From NCBI GenBank assembly GCA_965113315.1, contig OZ220366.1: 64,000 nt of DNA; one strand, written 5' to 3'. Positions 11,761 to 22,365 of the stretch are shown one piece after another. Numbering within the stretch: the stretch's first letter is position 1; every line of letters begins with the position of its first letter. A program made the translations under genes and the position numbers. The notes under the pieces were generated by a model that had not been told where the DNA came from, did no database searches, and was given only the letters and a program-made list of their open reading frames with translations. This DNA is from Podarcis vaucheri (lineage: Eukaryota).

Positions 11761-13619
11761 TACACATTAATGATGTGCAGGAATTGTGAGAAGTCGCCGG
11801 AGAGAAAAATAAGGACAGGAAAGGAATGGAAAGGCTACTCAACACGCCTGAACTGAGCTTCTGTTCACCAGATTGTGGGCAAACAACACATTCAAGCTGC
11901 TGATCTAAGCATATGCCAGGAACGGAAAAACATTAGACCAATCTGTCCAAAGCATTACTACCCCTAAGTAGAATGCTGGGAACCATGAAAGAAATTTTCT
12001 AATATCTTAACACATTAAAAATATCTTCTTGTGCGGTCTTGAAGAAAAAAGTTGTGCATTAGTATGTGTGGGGTTTTTTTTTTAAAAAAAGACTATTTTC
12101 AAACTACCACAACATAATGAGCGTTTAGTCGACTTTATTGCTGAGTTTTGGCAAACGTGCAAGTTTCCTGCGTTTACAAGGAATGGAAATGCAAATTGCT
12201 CAGGAAAATGCTAGAAAGACACCTGAAGCTTTTAAAAATAGTGTCTTTTTCCTGGTGAGTTGGAAGTTCATTCCTCCCCCACCTTTCATGTTACAAATTA
12301 TCATTTACGTAGCCCCGTGAGCCATGTGCTGGCGATTATTCTGGCACATCAAGAACGCGAAACCTTTTCCTGTGGCTTACGCCTTTGGAGCAGCTGGCTA
12401 GCTAGGAAGCCATCATTGTGACCGTCTGGAGATTATCGGAAGAGAAGATAGAACTATAACAGCAGCTGGAAAACAAAGCAAAAAATTGTGCAGCTGTGGA
12501 GTCTCTCTGTAGGATTATCTATTTCTTTTCCGACTTGCTATGCTATGCTTCAGCAGCAACCTGTAGGAAGGGCAGGCAATACAGGCAGGTAAAGACAATA
12601 ATATACCTTACGACTGGGAATCGCATTCCAGGTCATGAAATCATCACCAACTATACATTTGATAAGAAGCCATGCGGTGACTTATAAGGTTAACAAATCA
12701 CAAACCACATTATCTCAGTGGCTCTAAAAGCAGAGCAGGCTAAACTCTGAACTTTTGATGGAACCAGTTTTCAAGTGGGGACTTTGTAAGAATGTGCAAC
12801 CTCAACGCAAAATACTGGCCACAAACATTCATTCATTCATTCGATGGGAAAGGCCCAAGAGAGGGGAAACTGACTGAAGAGGAGCCGGCAAGTGCGAGAA
12901 AATGAATTTGGTTTCACTTACGGAGACAGACTGCCCCCTAGCCTTCAACAAACAAAAAAACCATGTACATAACAATATTATCGCCATCAACATGTTTCTA
13001 CTTCGTTTTCAGAAAATCTGGACAGAAAGTGTAGCTTTTGCTATAAGAAGGAAACTTTCCTCAAACTTGGCAACGACCTGCAAAGCATGTGTGTTCTCAA
13101 AATCTGGTCTTTGAGCAGATTGGTGGCCTTCTACATCCTTGCTACAGAAAAAAGGGGGGGGGATTAACAGGTGAGGAAAGCCCTCAGTCAGAAGAAGCAT
13201 GATCTGCAGGGATTTCTAATGCAGGAATCTAAACTAAAGCATTCAGGATTCAGGACACAAGGCCAAGCAACAGCCCTCTCCTGTTCTTGTTGACAGCACT
13301 GAGAGACAAACCACATTTGAATCTATATTCAACACTTAGCTATCATGCCTAGTAGCTGATAAGGCTTTCCCTCCATGAATTTGTCTAAGCTCCTTTTAAA
13401 GTCATCTAAGCTCGTGGGCAACACTTATGAACTTCTGGCGGTGAAATCCATAAACAGAATTATGTCCTGTGTAAAGTACTTCCATTTGTCAGCCCGACAT
13501 TTCCTTACCCAAAAGTTTTGTTGGGTGGTGGTTTTCAAGAATTATAGGAAAGGACCCCTTATTACCAAAAATGAAAGAACAGCTGTTAGAATTCAAAAAG
13601 TAAAAACCAACACACCCTA

Positions 13620-13842
13620 AAAGTTCTTGAGTCTTTTTGAGGAAGACCCCAAAATTGTTGAGCTTTTTTATGAAAACCTCCGAAATTGTTGAACTTTTTT
13701 CTTTTCAAAAAACACAAAAAATTCCCCACACTTGTGGTTTTTCGATTGACTTGCCCAAGATACAGGGCGAAGCATCGTCTTTTGGAAAATTCCCCCCGGA
13801 TGTTGATTTCGCCTTTGAAATCCCGGGTGTCTGGCAGCCCTA
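13620..13842. mobile_element. hAT Blackjack-like MITE, 3' part
   Basis: Homologous to 650-764 (TTTTGGAAAATT..GGATGT..ATTTC.CCTTTGAAA..TGGCAGCCCTA). Confidence 0.6.
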
Positions 13843-16185
13843 GATATAGACTTAGCTGAGATATCAAAATTGGCATGTGTAACCATTTGTTAAAGACTGG
13901 AAACCTCTCATGGACTTCTTGTGTGAAAAAGAAAATGGTGTAATGATTACCTGAATTGGAGAATTGAAGATAATGTTTGTTGATATAGAAAGCGGCTTCG
14001 TTGGGTGTTGGAGTTGGATTGGACAAAGTGAATATTGTTTTTATATAGCAGATAGATGTAGAATCAGAAGCTCTTTACTTTCTGAATCTTATTTTTCTAA
14101 TTTTCTCTTTTAATCTCTTTTCTCTTTTTTATTTTTCTTTCTTTCTCCCCCCCCCCTTTTGTGTTTTTTATTGTATCTAGATAAAAGTCTTGGTTTGGTT
14201 TAAAAAGGGGGGAAGATATTAAGCTTTGTATTTGTCTTTATAAACCTTAAGACTATTTAGATCTAGATAGATAGATCTAGATAGATAAGATAGATAGATA
14301 GACAGATATTGAAAGGGAGGAGGGAACTCTAACCACTCTCTCAACACCATGCATAAAGGCATGGCATTATAATTGGCAAAAATACATTTAGATTTTGCAG
14401 GCAAAAAAATCTCCTTGAGTGTCATAAAAGGTTTTGTTTCAGGGTGGCTCAGTGGTTTCCTACAACCTAGGCTCAGAATTAACAAGAATACAGACTGAGA
14501 ATAGTTTGAAAAACGCAAGGAGAAAGTAATTATTTGAGACAACAACCTGTGTACCACTGATCAAATGATATGCTGCATTTTCTAACCAAGCAAGTATTGA
14601 AATAATTTAACATGCAATCCTCGTCAAGTCTCTTTAACAATGTGCAATGTAAATGAACATTAAAATTCTGAAATGTCCCCCTTCACATGATATTAATCAA
14701 CAAATCTGATAACAAGCTATACTGAGCCACTCATTTTTGTAGGGGAATTGGTTTACATAAAGGGCCCTTTTTGATCAAGTAAATTTTGTCACTTAACAGA
14801 TCAAAGCCAAAATGAGACCAGATGAGCCATGTTCATTTCAATATTTTCAAATTTGACATTCTGTTATGGTGCTGAAAGGAAAATACAGTCCAGTTAGAGG
14901 CCTGACAAAAAATTAAGCATTTAATACAGAGTAACAATGATATGGAAGATTTAGCAATTATTTTTTATATAACACGAAAACACTCAGAATGTGGGAAACA
15001 TCTAGGGACTCCAATGTCATAATGCATTTGGCAATGAATATTAAAAAATACTTTTAATACCTTAATAGATATAAACCCAAAAGCAGATTTCCAATAGATT
15101 TTTTTTTAATCAGTGGTACTTTATAAAATACAAATTGGGGGGAAATACCTTCAATAATGATGGCTGTTGAAGTGTTTTGTTTATCTAGTATTTCATCCAT
15201 TTTGGAAATGTGAAAAGGAAAAAAATTGGGAAGGCTTTGATTTTATGTTGACAGATTACAGAAGATGCCAAAGTTGTTTTATTAATTTAAAATGGACCAG
15301 TTAAGGTGATAGAAAGCGACCAGCAACTTACGAAAACATCAGCAAAACTCTCAGTTGCTTATTTTTAGAGGCTGATCCTTGCTGCATTGGTATCCAGTTG
15401 GTTCTGTCAAATCCAGGATATGATTTTGACATGTTGCAGTCAAGCTTGGGAAAGTTCTGTAAAACAAGGAAGTTCGTTTGAGGATAAGCCATGTTTCTTT
15501 AATACTAGTATGATAAATTCTGCAGTAATATTTGGCTGCATACACCTTTCTTCTTAAGTAAACTGCTTTTAACCCTATTCCCCCCCCCCCTATTTTGTTG
15601 TTTTCAAGACGTAACTAACAGTATCTGGTCATTAGGTACTTTTTGCAGCTCTTCTAGAATAGGGAAAAAAATAACAATGGCAGGAGCTAGAGCAAAAGCT
15701 GGGTAAAGTATCAACCTCTTAGAAGCAATCTCTTGAAGGTACAATAAAAAATATCTGAGCTTAAAAATCCAGGCCTCCTATTTTGCAGAGATACACATGT
15801 ATGGATTGTATATTTGAATTAATCTTTAAAATACTGTATATTTTAACAATGCCAGTTTTCACAGATCATGCGTTTGAAAAGCCAAGAGCTATGATTTAGT
15901 TATTTGGATCTATCTAGCAATACAAAGATCTTGTTCATCGCAGATGGCTGGGATTCCAGCTGCGAAAAGGGGACTTGTCCTTATCTCAGCCCCTGGCTTG
16001 CAGTGCATCCATTTAATGAGATAGGCAAGTTTGCGATAAACTTGTGGCTCGTGATACCTTTTCCAGTGTGCTGAACATGTTACTTTCCCTGCAAATGGAG
16101 CATACACAATACAATCCCAGCAGCTGTTTCGATTTCATCTTCCTTTCCGAGAAATCCCAAGGAACTTTTGAGTTCAGCAATCATA

Positions 16186-16541
16186 GGTAAAGGTAAAGGT
16201 ACCCCTGCCCGTACGGGCCAGTCTTGCCAGACTCTAGGGTTGTGCGCCCATCTCACTCAAGAGGCCGTGGGCCAGCGCTGTCCGAAGACACTTCCGGGTC
16301 ACGTGGCCAGCGTGACATCGCTGCTCTGGTGAACCAGAGCCGCACACGGAAACGCCGTTTACCTTCCCGCTGGTAAGCGGTCCCTATTTATCTACTTGCA
16401 CCCGGAGGTGCTTTCGAACTGCTAGGTTGGCAGGCGCTGGGACCGAACGACGGGAGCGCACCCCGCCACAGGGATTCGAACCGCTGACCTTTCGATCGGC
16501 AAGCCCTAGGCGCTGAGGCTTTTACCCACAGCGCCACCTGC
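16186..16541 (-). mobile_element. Sauria SINE
   Basis: Same subfamily as 914-1284; TSD ATCATA at 16180-16185 and 16542-16547. Confidence 0.9.
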
Positions 16542-17050
16542 ATCATACATACGTTTAATTAAGAATTACAGCCACCTTCCCAATTCATTTTCCAGAGGTA
16601 AAGATTTGTGTGACACTTCATTTGTGTAACTATTATAAAATTTCATTTTCTATCTTGCAAGGAAACCTGGCTCAGTTAACTCCCCGAACACAGGGTGACC
16701 AACAGAGGTCTCCCCATTTCCCCATCTTAACAGGGAAATCCAAGTTACGTCAAAATGCTTGCAGTTGAATCCATATCACTTGGGGTTACCGGAGAAAGCC
16801 GTGACAGGGGTATGTGGGTATTTTCTGAGATGCCTCATTCATTTCTTATTTCTTGGCAATGCAATGTAACTGATGCGGGTTATAAAAGCAGCCAGTGTCG
16901 TTACAGGAAACAAAACACAGAGAGGATTCATATTGCAATTTTCCTGCAAGTAATTCAAAGCGTGCATGTAACCACTTGGGAAGCTAGTCCATCTTTATGG
17001 CCTTGTGAAGAGGCAAGAAGAATCCTACCACACTTCCCGCTTCTAATAAA

Positions 17051-17052
<2 letters not shown>

Positions 17053-17090
<38 letters not shown>

Positions 17091-17377
17091 TATTATTATT
17101 ATTATTTATACCCCGCCCATCTGGCTGGGTTTCCCCAGCCACTCTGGGCGGCTTCCAACAAAATATTAAAATACAATAGTCTATTAAACATTAAAAGCTT
17201 CCCTAAACAGGGCGGCCTTCAGATGTCTTCTAAAAGTCTGGTGGTTGTTTTTCTCTTTGACATCTGGCGGGAGGGCGTTCCATAGGGCGGGTGCAACTAC
17301 CAAGAAGGCCCTCTGCCTGGTTCCTTATAACTTGGCTTCTCGCAGCGAGGGAACCGCCAGAAGGCCCTCGGCACTGG
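17053..17377 (-). mobile_element. L2-clade LINE 3' end with (AAT)n/(TAT)n tail
   Basis: Reverse-complement homology to 1610-1870. Confidence 0.8.
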
Positions 17378-17655
17378 TGTTTGAAATTAGCCAGGTGCAT
17401 TTTGCACACCGTTTCTGACCACTTTTGACTGAGTTTCAACTGCTTGGGGGCTAGGACGGTGCCAGACACCTCCAGCACCTGGAGAAGCATGCCTGAGGAT
17501 TATTAGATCTGGACCATTCTTGCCCACTAAGACCCCCTCCTGTAGAATTCTATCAGTTATTTTTTATCTGCACAATCAGAATGAATTTCTGGAACCAAAA
17601 TGCTTCTTCCGTGAAGCTTTAGCAGGAGCAGTCATCATTAAGAAAGAGGTAAGAA

Positions 17656-17912
17656 TAGGGCTGCCACATTTCAAGAAGTAAAAATCCAGACATTTTGACA
17701 ATTTTTGAAAATCCCCCCCATGGTAATTTTCCTGCCTGTCAGCAATATTAGCTGCCGACTCTCCTGCTTGTGCAGGCCAGCCAGAGCCGCCTGCACATAT
17801 ATATTTTTTGATATAAAAAAGAACCCCAGAAACCCAAACATTTGCCCCCGGATGGGCGTGTAGACCCTCAAAAGACGACATGTCCAGGATTTCCCAGACG
17901 TATGGCAAACCT
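17656..17912. mobile_element. hAT Blackjack-like MITE
   Basis: TAGGGCTGCCACAT ... GTATGGCAAACCTA. Confidence 0.6.
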
Positions 17913-18652
17913 AGATAGGCCAAGAGGGAGGGAGGGAGAGACTGGTCTTAGATCAAGTGACTTTTCTTCTTTAAGTTCTCAAAATTCTTAACCTAGCTCA
18001 AGGTGGTCATCTGAACTAGCCAGAGGTTTAACTGAGAATCAGTCAGTCAATCCATCATTTGAAAAATAAGACTCTAGAGCCACCTTGCCCCAAAATGGCA
18101 ATTAGACATTCCATTTTGGGGACTGGTTTAAGGAGCCATTTGGCACCTAGTTTATATATCCGAGTTCTAACACTGCTTCTGGTGGAGTACCGAACTGTAC
18201 TAAAATCAACATGTCAGAATGATCCAGGCAACTGGCCTTCCATGACGCTACATGTAAACTACGGTACATAAATCACCACACGGTAAACTGTATCGCTGTT
18301 GATAATAGTAAAAAAAAAAAAGTTATCACTAACACATGGTTTGAAGCTAATAAGTAGATAGATTATAAACGCCATTAAAAGTCAGCCATCAGAAGAACGA
18401 TTTAAGCATTGAGAACTTAGTACGTTCTTCATTTTTCACTGCATTGAAGCTTAGGCTTACATGTGCACGATGGACAGCTTGTTTCAAGCTTTTATCGGTA
18501 TGCACGAAACGTAAAACTAGATCTCTTGCAAGGAAGCATTTACTACACCCCATGACATTTTCTAGTGACATATATAAACCAATAACTCTGCAATTGTGAC
18601 TATATTTTTAATTATTGCATTTAAAGCCTGCCTTTAAGAGAACTCAAAGGGA

Positions 18653-18696
18653 GTCTCCAAATCAAGCACTAACCAGAGCCAGACCTGCTTAGCTTC
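18653..18696 (-). pseudogene. 5S rRNA-derived fragment (degenerate pseudogene or SINE3 head)
   Basis: Reverse complement GAAGCTAAGCAGGTCTGGCTCTGGTTAGTGCTTGATTTGGAGAC versus 5S GAAGCTAAGCAGGGTCGGGCCTGGTTAGTACTTGGATGGGAGAC. Confidence 0.6.
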
Positions 18697-19613
18697 AACA
18701 AGTTTGCTTTGCGTTCCAGTAATAGACCTGTCTAGAAACTACATTTCCAGCATACAATTCAATGGCTTGAATTTAAAGATAGTTAATAGAATAACATATC
18801 TGATCCAAGCCTGATATTGGACAATTCCCCCTCCCTTAGGGGTCCCTGTGCCCCATCACATATTGTTCAGACAAGTCCTTCAACTTTCCGTTAGGGGCAT
18901 ACTTGCTTGCAGAGAGAAGAACGGGGTCAAAACTTTCATTCAGATAACTTCTTTAAGCTTCCAACCTCTTCTTTAAAAAAAAACACAACCCAGCATCTGC
19001 ATTGAGCTCCAACCAATCTCTTTGAAGTCCTAGCTTGGAAATACAGAACTGATTTCAAAGTAACTCCGGTTTTCATTAAAAAAAAAAGAAGATTTTATTG
19101 GTACCATGTTTCAAAAACATAACACGACACATAATTTATTAGGGTACATTGGACCTCGGATTATTAACTTAAAATTCCTCCTTGGGCTATCACGGAATCT
19201 TGGAGGAGGAAACAGAAATTTGGAAGTTAAATACTGGGGTAGGGGGCTTATAGCAAAAGAGAAAATAAATCAGAAGACAAATAATTTCCTAGGTGAAATA
19301 CTGGGTTCTTAGTAAGCGGCAGGAGCTCAATGTAGCCCAATAGACAAATAGGGTCCCCTGGCCCCCAAATCAACAAGAAAGAAATCAGTGGGGCAAGTTC
19401 GCACTAAGGAGAATGTTAACTCCTGTGTCATGATAAAATTTGGAGCATAATTAAGCCCCAGGACCTGCTTCACCAAACTTTTTAGGTTGGTGGGCAAATT
19501 TGTAGAGTAGAGACACTGTCATGGGCACCACCTCTTCTACCAGCTACAAGAGAGTATGTTTTTCAAGCCTATTTTCAGCAGGGTTGGTTCTTCAGTACCT
19601 GTGTCCCTGCTAC

Positions 19614-20104
19614 AAGGGCTGGGCAATATCTGTTTTTCAACATCAGGATGTATCAGCAGTTAGCTACCGCGATATGCTGATATAGCACAATGCCTGGAAT
19701 GTATCTCCCACCTTAGGGGAGGAAGAAGCAGTCAAGATACATCGCCCAGCCCTACTGAGCAAGCCCCCCTATAGCTCCAGCTCACAGGAGCTGGAGGGGC
19801 AGAGCCTTCCTTAAATTGCTCCACTGGGGGCAGGAAGCTGAGTGAATCCCGGTAATGTTCCGGCTCGCACAAGCTAGGGAGGGGGGCTTCCTCAAAGCCA
19901 CAGGCAGGTAAGGCAGGCAAACGGAGCCCCAAAAAGTGCTTGCCCGGAGCCTTCTCAGATTCCCATCCGCCTGCTTACCTGCGCCTTTGCCACCTGCCTG
20001 CGCCTTTGCCGTCTGTATTGCCAGCTCAAAATGTCTGAAACCGGCATCGTGATCTGAATGCCGTACCGGTTTCTGACTATTTGCCGATACATTGCCCAGC
20101 TCTA
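19614..20104. mobile_element. hAT (Ac-like) non-autonomous element
   Basis: AGGGCTGGGCAATA ... ATTGCCCAGCTCTA inverted ends; GC-rich interior; related ends at 51259-51529. Confidence 0.55.
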
Positions 20105-21199
20105 TCTGCGACATTGGAGACCCCTGCACCAGGGTAAAATTCACTCTCGATTTTCAATGAACCCGGACACTGCTTTGTAACGGGTTCATAGTGGGGGGGG
20201 GGGGTGGAATACACAGGAATGTACAGAAAAAGGTTTACAAAGAAATTAACAAATCTCCTCCGGCATTCTCTAAGTTGCATAAGCACACTCTTAAAATAAA
20301 AATAAAATATTAAGGCAAAACACGAGGTTATTTCCCCTAGCCTATTTGAGAAGTTGTTGGGAGACAGAACGGACCCCAGCAAGCTTAAGAATTTGGTAGT
20401 TTCATCTTCTCGTTCATTTCAATATGGGTAATCAGACCCCACAAAGCCAGTCAGGGGAGGATGAAGTGCTTCAGGTTGCTAAAAAATATTTGACAATATT
20501 TTGAAACAGCTGCTTGGGTCCATAGCAACTCCATTAGCTTGCAAGAGTTAACTTCTCTTAGGTTCCCAGCTTACATGGCTTACCAATAAGGCATGTAGGC
20601 AGTACAGTTGTGATACAAAGAACAAATCAAAATTAAAGGCAGGGGGGGAAAGACCAACAGTTGCGGCTTTCGTTGTTGTTTTTCAAACCATCTGCCTGAA
20701 ATGAAAAAAGGAAATCATCAGAACAACTGTTCAACGGGTGATAAAATATAAAGGATGGAAAGCATAACTTTAGAAGGAAATATAACAGCAATCAATTCAA
20801 TATTTAACTGGCTTAATAGATTTAAAATTGAGTAATTTAAAGCTGACGGTAGTCAGAACAACCTAGGAAGAGGCCTCGTGGAGTGATGAAGGAGAAAAGG
20901 CCTGCTGTAAGTAGAAGGGGAGGGTTTAAAAAAATAATACTTAACACTGGAGAATAATGGATGCCCAAAACTGTAAAGGCAAAATAGACACATTATAATC
21001 TGGTGCAAAATTGTATCTATAGGGGAGATGGCAGGGGCAAGGAGGCATGACTGGTCTGGCTACTTCTGGGTTCCTCCCTCCCAGGAAAGAACCTATGAGA
21101 GACCAGTCTGCCCTATCATTTGTAAAGTGATTGGACCAGATTTCTGGGTGTTCTTGTTTTTTTTCTCCCGTTGTCCCTTATGCCTTGTCTATTAGCGCA

Positions 21200-22275
21200 T
21201 AACCCATTTTGATAACCTCAATTTTTATTCTGTGTGCAATTTATTCTTAACGAAGAATAAATAAAATTAATACCTACCGGTCACGTCGCTTTGCTGCATT
21301 TCTTTAAACGTGAGCTTCTGCCACACAAGAAAAACAAGCCTTCTTGCTTTCTCAAATGTGAGTGTGGCCATGCCGTTCTTGAAGCAAGAACTCCCTTTGA
21401 AAGCCTGGTTCTGAAGTTAGGTAGCCAGCTGGCAATTTAAATTGTGCGTAAAAGGATTTTCAGCATTTGGCTTCAAGGCCAAATTGTTTTATCGTTTATA
21501 AGGTTGAAATAGTGATAGTGATTCAGCTCTTTTCGTGAATATGGGGGGGTGGGGGTCGCCACATGGAATGGTCTATCTTTTTTTCCAATTTTTTTTTCTT
21601 TGTTATCATGGGCCATAGTATAACGTCATTATTGCTTTTTTTTTCTTTTTTCCCCAAGACCATTCCATCTCTTTATTTTTTTAAACATCTTAAAGTGATA
21701 AGGAGATATATGCAAAGCAGTCATACACTGTATCATTAAAACTCATACGTAAAATACGTACACAAATCCAACAAAAGGCTAGTACATAGTAAAGCCTAAG
21801 TATACTACTATGCAATATTATGAATACGTAACTTTAGAGACTTCAGTTTAGTAATGTTATCTATTATTATTTCTGAAAACATTCACAAAGATCTTAAATG
21901 CAAATTTCCATTCCATACTTGGAATAAAACAAAACAAAACAAAAATCTATGTTATAACAACTCTTGGTCATCTTGTTGTGTGACCAATTCTTTAAATTAC
22001 AAAGAACCCAAAGAATTCCGTAATGTTTCTGTAGGAGTAATAAAAACATTGCATATGTTCCTAATATGATGTCTTCAGCAATCATTTACCGAAATGTAAA
22101 TGCAACTCGAACATCAATCACTCAAAAGACGGGACCAATCAGCTGCTTGAGTCTTATCTGAAATCCAAATTCACCACTTTCACCCAAACTCCTTGAAGTA
22201 CAAATATGCAAAAGTACATTAGAAAATGCTAATGCAACACAGGAACAGTTCTAGCATTCTCAGCAATCCGCTGAA
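21200..22275 (-). other. RBM26: RBM26 3' UTR (3' end uncertain)
   Basis: AT-rich, TE-free sequence after the stop; minus-strand AATAAA at 21672-21677, 21240-21245 and 21224-21229. Confidence 0.6.
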
Positions 22276-22365
22276 TCATCTTCTCCAAGAACGAGATTCA
22301 TTGTCGTCGTCTTCTTCATCATCATCTTGAAGCAATGAGTCATCTACCAGGGATTCTTCCTGAAA
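22276..22365 (-). CDS. RBM26: RBM26 exon 22 coding part (90 nt including TGA)
   Basis: tttcag|TTT CAG GAA...TGG AGA AGA TGA; FQEESLVDDSLLQDDDEEDDDNESRSWRR*. Confidence 0.95.
   Translation of the reverse strand, partial: FQEESLVDDSLLQDDDEEDDDNESRSWRR

Noticed and set aside
16755-17285. 176-aa ORF with poly-Ile and poly-Tyr runs
   Set aside because: It reads through an (AAT)n/(TAT)n microsatellite and the antisense strand of an L2 fragment.
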